Source: the human T2T-CHM13v2.0 reference genome, Homo sapiens
DNA: 64,000 bases
Direction: 5' to 3' (one strand)
Assembly (NCBI RefSeq): GCF_009914755.1
Contig: NC_060944.1
Shown here: piece by piece, positions 47,472-61,270 of the stretch
How positions within the stretch are numbered: position 1 is the first letter of the stretch
Layout: each line of letters begins with the position of its first letter
The notes under the pieces: generated by a model
What the model was told of the DNA's origin: nothing
The model's database searches: none
Seen by the model: the letters and a program-made list of their open reading frames with translations, nothing else
Made by a program: the position numbers and the translations under genes

Positions 47472-48601
47472 ATGATATTTGTACTTAATTTCTAATAATT
47501 AAATGTTTGTTATGCTTTATGTCTTTGCCATAGATATTAATAGATGAAAATGTGGATGAACTTTGATGTTCTTTTCTGAGATGAAGTCATTGTGCTAGCC
47601 AGTTTCATTTCTCAATGTCTGTTAATGGTTTGTCATTCGAGTGCAACCCCATGTAAACACACAGGTAACTTGGTTAGTAAGTTGTAGGAAGAGGAAGATC
47701 TCTGACTTTACTTTTTCCTATTCTACTGGTTAAACATGACTGACATATAAATGTTTATCTGTTTCACAGAGTCAGTCTTTATTAACACTCCCCATGTTAG
47801 CATCAAAGAAGAAAGTTTTGGTACAAGCAGCCTTACCCACTTATGTAGGGGTGGGACACTGATTAGCAGTTGGTGTGACTGTGGTGCAGAGTGAGCCTTG
47901 CACTTAGAGAAGCAGCCCCCTGATGCCCCAGGCTTGGGTGTGGCATCTGACAGCTTTGGACAGGTCACTTACCTCTCTGTAGAAAGGTGGCACATTTGTG
48001 CACTCTGTAGAAAGAATGGCATCTGGCACATTTTAGGAATTGAAAATGAACTTTATTATCTGTAGTTCTAAGATATCTAAATGAATTCTTAAAAAAAAGA
48101 AAAAGCGTAAGCAGAGATCTCAAATGTGCATGGCTGCTTTCTTAAGAAGAATTTATATTTTCAAAACTAATACTTTTTGTATACTCCTCAAGAAAGTTTC
48201 AGAAAAGTGAAACAGACATCTTTTCTTTCTGGGACGTAGTCTGATGGATGCAAGCCTGAGTCAGGTGCTAACAAACTTCGTCAAAAGCAGTGCCCAGCAC
48301 TGGTTTGCACCTTTGGCCCTGTTGCTCCCCACCATGAGTGCCCAGGCTGACCTGTGGAAGGGGACTCTCCCATTCTCCTCGATTTGCAGACTCTTTCCTC
48401 CCTCCCTTTATGAACAGCTACAAGTACATGTGCCCTTTCCATTATATTCATGATGTTTAATTTCTCTTTTGTCATATCAACTTAAGCTTGAAATTGAGAT
48501 TACTTAACCATATCTTTTAATGTCATGCTCAGGTTTGTTTAATTTTTTAAATGTTGTCTTTTATAGAGTTTATTATGGTTAATCAAAAAATATATTTTTT
48601 T

Positions 48602-48960
48602 AAGAATGAGTTTATATTCTTTGGAGGGACGTGGATGAAGCTGGAAACCATCATCCTCAGCAAACTAACATAGGAACAGAAAACCAGACACTGCATGTTC
48701 TCACTCATAAGTGGGAGTTGAACAATGAGAACACATGGACACAGAGAGGGGAACTTCACACACTGGGGCCTGTCAGGGAGTGGGGGGAAAAGGGAGGGAG
48801 AGCATTAGGACAAATACCTAATGCATACGGGGCTTAAAACCTAGATGACAGGTTGATAGGTACAGCAAACCACCATAGCACATGTATACCTATGTTAGCA
48901 AACCTGCACGTTCAGCACATGTATCCCATAACTTTAAAAAAGAAAGAAAGAAAGAAAGAA
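48602..48960 (+). mobile_element. L1PA 3' end with (GAAA)n tail
   Basis: gggacgtggatgaagctggaaaccatcatcctcagcaaactaac...aacctgcacgttcagcacatgtatccc. Confidence 0.9.
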
Positions 48961-48978
48961 AAAAAATATTTTTTTACC

Positions 48979-49242
48979 AGCTGGGCATGGTGGCTCACAT
49001 CTGTAATCCCAGCACTTTGGGAGGCCGAAGTGGTGGATCACTTGAGGTCAGAAGAGGAGTTTGAGACCAGCCTGGCCAACATGGTGAGACCCTATCTCTA
49101 CTAAAAATACAAAAATTAGCTATGCGTGGTGGTGGAAGCCTATAATCACAGCTACTCGGGAGGGTGGAGGTTGCAGTGAGCTGAGATTGCACCACTGCAC
49201 TCCAGCCTGGGAGCCAGAGCGAGACTCCGTCTCAAAAAAAAA
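48979..49242 (+). mobile_element. AluS with an internal deletion of about 32 bp
   Basis: gctactcgggagggtggaggttgcag lacks the ctgaggcaggagaatcgcttgaacccgggagg segment. Confidence 0.88.
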
Positions 49243-49243
49243 G

Positions 49244-49547
49244 TATTTTTTATTTTTATTTTTTGAGATAGGGTCTCGTTCTGTTGCCCAGGCTGGAGTG
49301 TAGTGGTGTGATCATGGCTTACTGCAGCCTCAACCTCCCAGACTCAAGCAATCCTCCCATCCTAGCCTCCTGAGTAGCTGGGACTATAGGTGCACACAAG
49401 TACGCTTGGCAAATTTTTGTATTTTTTTGTGGAGACAGGGTTTTGCCATGTTGCCAAGGCTGGTCTCGAACTCCTGAGCTCAAGTAATCTGCCTGCCTTG
49501 GCCTCCCAAAGTGCTGGGATTACAGGCATGAGCCACCGTGGGTGGCC
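49244..49547 (-). mobile_element. AluJ, tail-to-tail with the preceding Alu
   Basis: gagatagggtctcgttctgttgccc...gatcatggcttactgcagcctcaacctccc. Confidence 0.88.
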
Positions 49548-50396
49548 CAAAAAAGAAGCTTTTATTTAGCAAAGCAGAAACTGAAAGAAAAAGGAAGAAA
49601 GAAAACAAAAAGGCTTTTTATTACAAAAAAAATTATTTAGTATAAAGAGAGTTTAAAATAGACATCCTATCGGCTCATTTTAGCAACTTTGAGAAAATTG
49701 TGAAATATAAAATATTAAATAAATCCAGGGGATATATTTTGACTAGATAAAAATTAACCCTATATACCATAAACAAATTCAGAAGAAAAAAGTTAGGCTA
49801 GGAAAAAATATTTGTAATATTTTAAATTGAATTTTGTATTGAGGTTACTATATGTCACATGCAATTGTAAGAAATAATACAGTGAGATGCTGTGTACCCC
49901 TCACCCGGTTTCTCCTAACATGGAAGCATCTTGCAGAACCACAGATAATATCCCAACCAGGATATTGACAGTGATTTTATCTACCCACCTTTAGGCTGAG
50001 GTTCATTTTCTTTGCTTCTATAGATGTCTTGTTGATCCAGCACTGTCTTGCCTCCATTTTTATACCTTTGTCAAAAACTAGTTAGACTTGTGTGGTCTGT
50101 TTGTGGGCTCTGTTTTGTTCATTCATCTTTGTGCCTATCCCTCTGCCATTATCACTCTATCTTGATCACTGTAGCTTCATAGTAAGCCATAATGTTGGGT
50201 ACAGTATTTCCTCCCACTTTATTCTCCTTTGTTAGACATGTTTTTAAGCAGTTCTAGGACCTGTGCCTTTCTGTATAAATTTTAGAAAAAGCTGTCTGTG
50301 TCTACAAAAAATGATGCTGGGAATTTGATAGGAATTACATTAAACCTGTACTCAATTTGCAGAGATTTAACTTTTTTACTGTGTTGAGTCTTCTAG

Positions 50397-50700
<304 letters not shown>

Positions 50701-50886
50701 GAGTCTTCTAGTCTTTAAACATGGTATTCCTCTCCATTTATGAAACTTTGTTTAAACAAAGTAATAATATTTGGAATCCATAAAGAGCACCTACAAATCA
50801 ATAAGGAAAAAAAGGCTGAAGAGCCATAGGAAACGGAGAAAAGGCTGATAACAGGTAATGTCCAGAAGAAATATAAATGGACATTA

Positions 50887-51191
<305 letters not shown>

Positions 51192-51300
51192 GTTGTGAAA
51201 AGACGTTCAGTTTTCCTGATGATCCAGGAAATGCAAGTTATAAGCTCCCATGTTTTGCCTTGTTAGATTGGTAAAAATTAAAAATCAATAATACTAGCAA

Positions 51301-51450
51301 TTTTTGTTGGCCAGGCTGGTCTCGAACTTCTGACCTCAAGCGATCTGCCTGCTACAGCCAGGCTGGTCTTGAACTCCTGACCTCAAGCGATCTGCCTGCC
51401 ACAGCCTCCTAAAGTTCTGGAATTACAGGTGTGAGCCACCATGCCCAGCT
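51301..51450 (-). mobile_element. Alu left-arm fragment with a 47-bp tandem duplication
   Basis: Units at 51310-51356 and 51357-51403. Confidence 0.85.
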
Positions 51451-52267
51451 GGGGGTGGGGGGGAGAGTATTTTTGGAAAGCAGTCAGCAAATGCTGAGTA
51501 AAATCAGAACCAGACCTAACCTGACTGAGCAATTCCACTTCTGCAAGCTGCTCCAGAAGCACATACACATGTGCAGAAGGGTATTGGTAGAAGGATGCTC
51601 AATACAGCGTTATCCAAACAACCAAAATGCTAATCAGTAGAGGAAAGGTTACACAAAGGGTGTCTTGTCCATAGTGTAGAATACTGTGCGCCAGTTAAAA
51701 AGAATGCAGTTGACCTATATCCTATGTGTACTGACATTTCCAAAGGGATAATAGGAGAGAAGTCAAATATTCCCCCCTCCTTTTTTTTTTGTTCCACTTT
51801 CCTTTTAAATAGATATAAAACAGCCATCTTGTCAGTTCTGGCCTTCTTGTCACATTGTTGAATGGACACAGCTGCTTCAGATAACTCAGTTGTGGCTCAG
51901 GAGGTGAAATTACTGATAAATTAACTTTCTTTTTATGGCTCTTATCGCAAAGTCATTTATATTGCTTTTGTTGTGTAGTGGGAATGGGGAATGAGGGTCC
52001 AGGGCCTGGAGAGGCTGGGGTTGTGACTGGGGCAGGAACCATGTGTCTCTGGTTATGCCCAGTGGTCTTATCCTCTCACTTCCCTGCCCCTTTGGTATCC
52101 TACCCAGGTCAGAAGGACAGTGTTAACCTCTCTATTAACAATGGCTTTTCCTTTGAAAAGGTCTTAATAGGGCTGGCATCCAAGTTTCATGGGATGCCCT
52201 AATAGGGCTGGCAACCTTGTTTTCATGATCTAGTTTGGTAGAAAAGTTTCATAGAAAGGGTCCATAT

Positions 52268-52398
52268 AGCTGGGTGTGGTGGCTCACATCTGTAATCCCA
52301 GCACTTTGGGAGGCTGAGATGGAAGGATCAATGAGTCCAGGAGTTCTAGGCCAGCCTGGGCAACATGGCGAGACTCTGTATCTATAAAAAAAAAAAAT
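52268..52398 (+). mobile_element. FLAM / Alu left monomer
   Basis: agctgggtgtggtggctcac...gagactctgtatctataaaaaa. Confidence 0.8.
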
Positions 52399-52488
52399 AT
52401 ACAAAGTTTCCATACAACAGGTTATTAAGTACTTTGATCTATGTTCTTACCAAAATGTATGGCTCATTTAATTTAATAGATCAAATTA

Positions 52489-53212
52489 CAGTCACATGCC
52501 ACATAATGATGTTTGGTTAACAATGGGATCCATATATCTATGCAGTGGTTCATCTATATATCCACATGATGCTGGTCCCATAAGATTATAATATTGTTTC
52601 TTTTCTATGTTTAGATACACAAATACTTACCATTGTGTTACAGTTGCCTACAGTATTCAGTAGAGTAACATGCTGTATTAGTTAGTTCTCATGCCACTAC
52701 GAAGAAATACCCGAGACTGGTTAATTTATAAAGGAAAGAGATTTAATTGACTCACAGTTATGCATGGCTACGGAGGCCTCATGAAACTTATAATTGTAGA
52801 AAAGGCACCTCTTCACAGGGCAGCAGGAGAGAGAATGAGTGCCAGCGGGGGAACTGCTAGACATTTATAAAACCATCAGATATCATGAGAACTCACTCAC
52901 TATCATGAGAACAGCGTGGGGGAAAGTGCCCCCATGATTCAGTTACCTCCCACTGGGTCCCTCCCATGACATGTAGGGATTCTGGAGATTACAATTCAAG
53001 ATGAGATTCGGGTGGGGACACAAAGCCAAACCATATCACCTACTGTACAGGTTTGTAGCCTAGGAGCAATAGGCTACACCACATAGCTTAGGTGTGTAGT
53101 GGGCTTTATCATCTAGGTTTGTGTAAGTCACTTGGTGATGTTCACAAGACGATGAAATCACCTAACCATGCATTTCTTGGAATGTGTCCCACAGTTAAGT
53201 GATGGATGACTG
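52489..53212 (+). mobile_element. Tigger3/MER7-type (TcMar) element interrupted by a THE1 LTR
   Basis: Termini cagtca...tgactg flanked by TA dinucleotides (52487-52488, 53213-53214); internal ggtcccataagattataat...gtagcctaggagcaataggct. Confidence 0.8.
52674..53038 (-). mobile_element. THE1C-like solo LTR
   Basis: tgtattagttagttctc...ggggacacaaagccaaaccatatca; degenerate TSD catgc/cctac. Confidence 0.88.
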
Positions 53213-54849
53213 TATTTATTTTTTCAACAATCCTTCAGAACAGAATTGTTTCTGTGAACAGAGTTCATGTTGTGTATGTCCTTTTCACTCTTTTTTTCCA
53301 AAAATTTTTACTGTGCATTCTTATTTAAGACCTATAAGAAGGAATAATACAATGAATGCCTGGTGTATTCACCTCTGAGCATGAGAAAGTGTTCTTCCCA
53401 CTCATAGAGTCTTCTAGGATGTTCTAATGATGAGGGGACCGACTGCCTTCATGCCCCTTGTGTTCCTGCTTTCTGATGGTATTGGCTTCTGGGGCTCAGC
53501 TCCATGCTGTTTCTTGTAATGTCCTCGGTGATGGGAAATTCTACAGCAGGATTCAAGATTCTGCGGTGATGCTGTCCTGAATCCATGAGCAGATCTGTGT
53601 GGTGGTGGCCAGGGGTGATGGGGGCTGATTTGGGGAATGGATTTGGCTCAGGAACTCAGTTGAAGCTGTGGACACCATTTTAAGCACTTTGTATGTTGAC
53701 TTCAAAGTTTTGGAAGCCTTGGAAAAATTTTAAGCAGAGAGATGACATGGCCAGTTTGCTTTTTTAATCTACGGTTCTGGCAGAAGTGTGGGGTGTGTTG
53801 TGTGTGAGGCAAGGGTGTGTGGCCCAGGGGCTCCTGCTGGTCAGTTTAGGGGCCCTGCAGGCCTTACCCTTCTCAGGCATCTAGAGCTAGGTTAGGGTCA
53901 CTAGTTGCCTCAAATCCCATCTTCCCCCACCTCTTCCTTAAGGGAGACCTGGGTACACGGGGTGGGTGGGGTTCAGGGACTTAATAAGCCAGTGGTCTCT
54001 AGTGTGGGCTGTCAGAAAAAAAACAATAAAAAGCCACTTGGAGGATGGAAAGTAAATATTACCACTCCTATTTATATGTATCTCGGACCATTTTATAATG
54101 TTTTTAGTGTGTGAATACCACGGAAGACATAGCTAACTTATAAGTAGTGAACGGGCATTATGGGAGGAGCATGCTCCCAATCTTTTTATCAGTAGTGTGG
54201 GCCATCACTGAGTTTGGAGACTGCTGCTGAGAGGAAGGTGGGTTCAGTTGGGGCTGGGGGCCAGGGGGTCTTGGCAGTTGTGCCCAGTGTCTGCTTCTGT
54301 GACAGGCTGGCACTTCATTAGAGGCCCAGGCATCTCCAACAGCAGCTCTCAGACAGATGCCAGCAGGGCATCTGCCTAGTGCTCCACTGGTGGCTGGCCT
54401 GCCTCCTGGGATCAGCCCCGGCTCTGGGGAAGCTCTCTTCAGGTATCCCCTTGAGGAGTGCCAGCCGTGGAGTCAGACCTGCCTTTCCATCAGGCTCAGG
54501 AGCCTGGTGGTTCTGCCCTGGCAGTTTCTCTAGTTTGTGAGTTCCAGGAAGAGTGTGGGTTACTCAACTTAGTTACATATTCTTAGTTTGAATGGTGTCC
54601 TGAGTTACAACTGACAAGTGGCTCTGAAACATCTTTGGCATTTAGGACCACCATTCCTGAAAAGTAGCAGTCTTTAGGTTTGATGAGGTACCCATCCTTT
54701 ACAGCCTTGTTTGCAAGGGTTACTTAGTCATCTGAAATGTAAACAAAATACAAGTCAATTTTTATAGCCTTGTCAATAATGCTTTACAAAAGAATGTATG
54801 TGGTCTATAGGGTTTATTTTTTCTCTCGCATGTTACACACAAATATTTC

Positions 54850-55680
54850 TTTTTTAAGTTTTTATTTTGAAATATTTTAGATTTACAGAAAAGTTGCAAA
54901 AATAGAAATGTTGCTGAGAGTATAGAGAGTACCCATATACCTCATCCAGCTGCCCCCACTGTTACCCCCACAACATATTGTCAAAATTAAGAAACTGACA
55001 TTGGGTACATTACTATTAAACACATATTTTTGGATTGCACCAGTTTTTCCATTTATATCCTCTTTCTGTTCCAGAATCTAGTCTAGGATCCTGTTTCAGG
55101 ATCTGCCACATTGCATTTTGTTGTCAGTGACAGTTTCTCAGCCTTTCCTTGTTTTTCACCACCTTGACAGTCTTAAGGAGGACTGGCCATGTACTCTATA
55201 GAATATCTGGGTCCAAGGTTTTTCTAGTGATAGACTATGGTTCTGGGTTTTTGGGATGAGTACCAAAAAGCTGAAGTACTCTTCTCATATCGTGTCAAGG
55301 GGTATGTGACATCCCTGGTGATGTTAACCTTGATCACCTGGTTAATGTAATGTTGGCCAGGACTCTCCATTGTAAAGCTACTATTTTTCTCTTTTCCTCC
55401 TCTGTTCTTTGAGAGTGAGTCACTAAGCACAGTCCTTTCTTAAAGGGGTTGAGAGGATTAAGCCCCATCTCCTGAAGTTATCTACATGCATTATTTATAG
55501 TGGCAGGACACCCAGATAGATTTAATTGCAGATAAACAAGAAATTTTTTTTTAGTGTGTGTCCCTTGCAGTATCTGAACTTCACAGTTAATTAGACGTCC
55601 TGTATTTTGTTAAATCTGGCAACCCTATTTGGAATTCTTCTGTAAGAAAGATTTGTCTCTTTCCCTTGATGTTTGATTTT
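54850..55680 (-). mobile_element. L1MC-type 3' end with a MER53 insertion
   Basis: tttattttgaaatattttagatttacagaaaagttgcaaa..., homologous to 9936 and 19218. Confidence 0.65.
55498..55627. mobile_element. MER53 (hAT MITE), internally deleted
   Basis: caggacacccag...cagataaacaa...gtcctgtatttt...aatctggcaacccta terminus. Confidence 0.7.
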
Positions 55681-58600
55681 GAGTTTGATTTCACTATCTT
55701 CTTGGTATAGCTTTCTTCCTACTTTCTGTCATCCTTCAGCAGAGTTTGATATACTTTAGTGATTGTACTTTCTCTACTTAATTTTTTTTAAAGCAACATG
55801 GAAAATAGTTTTGTTTGCTTCAAAAAAGGAATCAGTTTATGTGTGTGTTTTAATCAAAAGATTTTTCTCATTATATGAGCCAAAAAGCACATTAGTTTCC
55901 AACCCCTATAAATGAAACCCAGAGTTGAAGAAAACAAGGGATTTGTACCGAATTTCTAAGTGCAGATTGTGGGAGGGGCAGGGAAGAAGGCGCTGCTCCT
56001 GGAAGCAGCCCCAGGTGACTAAAGCAGCAGCCAGCCAAACGGTTCCATCCAGCCTGGCAGTATGAGGCACTTGTGATTTGCTTATGACCCATGACTTCCA
56101 GCAGGTGTGAGAGAATTCTAAGTGGATGTGGAAACCAAGGAGGGCTACGTGGTGGGGATGCCAAAGGGATCTGTGTAGTTTGCTTTTAAAAGGAAACCCG
56201 ACCTCTCGTTTCATGAAGTGCACCTAGCCCATCAGATGGCATTGCATTTCATTAAAGCAGCCATTCTGCACCACGATTACCTTGAGTGTTTTGTTCTCAG
56301 CAGCTGGTACCCATCAAATTGGGGCCTGCTTTTCATCAGCAGCAGGTGTTCCAGGAAGCAGCCAGGGACTGCAGAGTTCAAAGATGGCTCAGCTCATCCT
56401 GGAGAGGAGACCACTGTTGTCTAAGCGGCCCTGACGAGCCTTTCCAGAGCTGAAAGATCGCTGATGGGCCAGGCAGAGAGGAGGTTTTGGGACTCGGGAA
56501 CCAAATGGGGCTGCTCTGCTGGCAGTTCCCCTCTTATCAGTTTACTTGAAAGAAGGATGGCACATGAGAGGGCGTGTGTCCCTTGAAGGGAAGGTCTCCC
56601 CTGGCATACAGCGGGTGTTTTTTTGAACATTTGTTGATCCAATGAAGGCATTTCTTCCTTGCCCTGCCACACGTTCAGGTGACTTTCAGCAACTGTGACA
56701 TGGATCCGTCTGCCTTATGAACTGACCACCAGCTTCTGTGTTAATGAGTCCAGTCACTTGCCGCTTCTTACCTAAATCTGTTTGCCAGGTTTCCACAGAA
56801 AGCCCCCCACCTGAGCGCCCTCTCCCTTCTCCCCACGCCTCTGCCTCTGGGGCCAGGTCATTTCTCTTCTATCTCTGGCACCTGGCACATTACTTGACCT
56901 GCAGAAGGCCCTCGTCAGATGCATAGGGAGTATCTACCTACCTCAGGTGGGAATGACTTGCGTATCCCAAATGAGAAATGCTTATACGTGCGAAGGTGCC
57001 CAGGGCAGTCGTTAAACTGTCTGCACATGTGTATGGCTGATACATTTAGACAGAGGCTGCCAGTTCTTTTTCCAAAAGAAAACAAGATGCATTGCTTTTA
57101 ACATAGCTTCCTGAAGGTGTTACAAATGTCAGTATTTGGTTCTTGCAGTACTGTTGAACAGAACAACATATGTTTGTCCATGTGTTTATATATTTTTAAG
57201 ATACCAGATGTCTGTAGTACCAGTTATTATCTATTTTTGATTTATGTTTTGAAACTTAGAAACACATTTTGGGCTAGTACGATAGCATGAGTGCTGAGTG
57301 CTACCTGGTTGTAGGATATAGTTGGACAAGCTATTTTGAATTTTGAATTTTCTTGAGTTTCTGTTTATGGGATGTCAGTGTGTTACACACATGATAAACA
57401 GGTCAGTTCCTAACAGCTCTAAAAAGGAGCAGGCAGTTATGTTTCTGTGAGGATTTTGGCATGCAAGTGTAATGCTGAAGAATGGCAGCTGAATCCTGCC
57501 ACTGTTAGGGGTGAGAGAGCCAGGAGCCAAGCAGTGGGACGGTGGCACCATTTGAAGACCTCTGTTGTCGGTGAAGTTAGCTTGACCCACACCTGTGGCA
57601 AGGCCCCATCCTGAGTGTGAGAGCTCCTGGGGCCACCACTGCCAGTGGTCAGGGGATAGAGACTGAGCCCCCGAGTCATTACTGTGAGGTGTTTTCTTCT
57701 GCATCTGGAGCCACAGTGGCATTGTTGAGTGAAATGAGCTACCAGGTTCTCATTTTCACGCAGCTCATAGTCCTCTCTGAACTGCTCACTGTTCTTTCTT
57801 GAGGAAACTAAATAGCTTAACTTGCCCTTTTCCAGATTTTTCTGCCTCTCAACTTCTAGAGCTGAATGTGAGGTCATTTAAAGGTTTTCTTTTCAGCTTT
57901 AATGCTATAGAATTGGACATTTTTGCAGCTGTGGCCACCTTGCTTTCAGAAATGTGTTTCTTCTTATTCTGGCTAACGAGCATCTTTGAGGTGCAAGTCT
58001 CGCCCAGAACAGGCATATCTGAGAGGCGCAGCTCACCTTGATGGCTTGGCTCCATCCTCAAAAGGCAGGGAGGGCACTTTATAGAGCACTTGTGTTCAAG
58101 CTTCCTTAGCAAGGACCCCTTTGTGGACTTGTAATTATATCTGGACTGTAATAGGAAACATCATGAGCTGCTGTTTGACATGGGGACCAGGGGGTAGTGA
58201 GGTGAGTAGGAGTGTGTGGGAAGGGGCGTCTCTGAGGCCACTCCTGAGGGGCCTTTGGCCACACAGTGTGGAAGCCGTAGCTCTGGAGTCAGGGTTTGCC
58301 AGCAGGGTCCCCTCCCACTGGTCAAGGGTCTGCCCTTGATGCTGCCTGATGCCCTCTCCTTGAGAGTCCTGTCCCTTCCCTCAGGTCAGCGACTACCTCC
58401 AGGCTGTGGACCTGCATGAAACTGAAGGCCAGGTATTTCCGCCTGAAAGTTGGCCCGTCTTTGCATTCCTCGGCTGAGCTCCTCTTTCTCCTGTCATGTG
58501 CAGGATTCTGTCATCGGATCAGGCTCTTGGGATCTACCCCCTTTTCCTTGGCTTTCTGTTCCTCATCTGTAACCAGGGCTTGTTCATCCACATCTTGGTG

Positions 58601-59204
58601 ATAATGAAAACAACGAGTGACCACTGTCGACTGAGCGCTTGCTCTGCTGGGCCTGCCCTTAGTGCCTCACTCACCCCTCTCCCCAGCCTCTAAAAGTTAG
58701 GTGCAGATGACCCAGATTTTCCATTTTGTGTGTGTGTGACTGCTGAACTTGAGGCCTTATCACTCCAAACTGGGTTATTCCAATCGCTCCCGGGGGGGTC
58801 TGCATGCCAAGGGTTTCTGTACTGTGTCTTGCATACCGTGGCCTGCTTAACATTTCTTGAACGCTTTGATCACAGCAGTTCTCTCCACAAGTCTTTGCTG
58901 GCTCCAGTTCCATTGGGGGTAAAGATCAAACTTTAGGCGAGCCAGGTCTGTATCTCCATTCCTGTCTCTGACTGCTTCCCTGTAGGGATTGTCTGCAAGC
59001 GCACACCTGCATTTTCTTGTCCACAAGTCTATGCTCTAACTCTGTCACCTGCATGGCTGCAAATTAGCTTCCTTCTTCCTGCCCTCTTCTCTCTAGCTTG
59101 GATTTTGAATTTGAATGGCAGGCATGGGATGTCCGTGTGTGTGTACTGCTGATGTGTACAGCCGCTTGTTAGCGCTCTCATTGTCTTCAAATGTAAGTCA
59201 TTTT

Positions 59205-59557
<353 letters not shown>

Positions 59558-60749
59558 TTATCAACTTCTTAAGGCAAGAACCAGAACTTAAAACTCTGCC
59601 ACAGCTCCCATTGCAGTGCACAGAGTAGGCAGTCAACAAATATTTGCTTTTGATTAGAGTTCTAAATAAAGTCGTTTACTCAGAATAAAGAAGCTTTGTG
59701 TCACTGGAATGAGAACATGGTGTTGCTGTTTCTCCTGCTCACATCCAATCTTGTCGTTCTTCATTGGTTCATGAGAGGCTAAGAGCAAATCAAGCCAATG
59801 AACAGAGAAGCCATGGAGTGAAACCTTCAGAGGTTTCTGTACATCCAGACAGTGAAAACATTGTCATCATCATCAGTATCACCTATTAACAGAAAAACGT
59901 GAGTCTCAAGTGCTAGTGGCATTCATAGTGAATTATTTTGTGTCATTTCCTTTAGTGTTTGTCCCATGGACCCACTCGGCAGATTCTTGGGTGTGCTGGC
60001 CATTCTTGGGTGTGGTTGTGGATGACAACCTCATGGAAATGGAACTGAGAGATGCCTTGTCAATCCTCAGTCAGTGCTCTTCCAAACAGTCCCCACTGTG
60101 CACATGCCCTGGAATCTGCAGTCTGTGGCTCTGTTGCTTAGTAGAATCAAGGCAGGTGGATGGAGAAAGGCTGCCACTTCACATGACATTCTCATGTAAG
60201 GGGCCTCTTTCTCATTCTCTAGTATTTATTTTATCTTGAGACCTTGGTCTCATTACAGTTTAAATTTTGTTCTCTTACTTTAATGGCTTATTTAATTGAG
60301 AACATTTCAATGAAAAAATGTTTAAAACATTGTAGTTGTAAAGAGTCTGGGGTCATGCGGAGGTTTTAATTGATCCCTATGATGAATGAATATAACTCCC
60401 TAGTGCAGGGCCTCCTTTTCATTATTTCTCAAGGCCTTTATCCCGTCTCCATCAGCACAGAACAGCTTGATGTTTTTTGGCCAATTGCAGTCTGAGTTAT
60501 TCCACTTTTAAAGCATTGACTTCATAACCGAGAGGCTGAAGGCAGAGTAAGCTGGATAAGTTACTCCTGTGCTATTTATTGCATAAAGCATTAAAAACAG
60601 CACTAGCATGGTCATCTCTTTTACTTTTCAGAGGCTCTGTCATCACTTTAATTGGTTGTTGTTAGAGCAGATGTTTTAAAAGGAATATTTTGGCATGACT
60701 ATATTTGCTTAATTTCTGATGACTTCCAGGACATGTATATCTACATTTA

Positions 60750-61270
<521 letters not shown>

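Noticed and set aside
57617-58041. Similar peptides ATVALLSEMS and AVATLLSEMC in adjacent ORFs
   Set aside because: Nucleotide identity is low and short, so this is probably coincidence.
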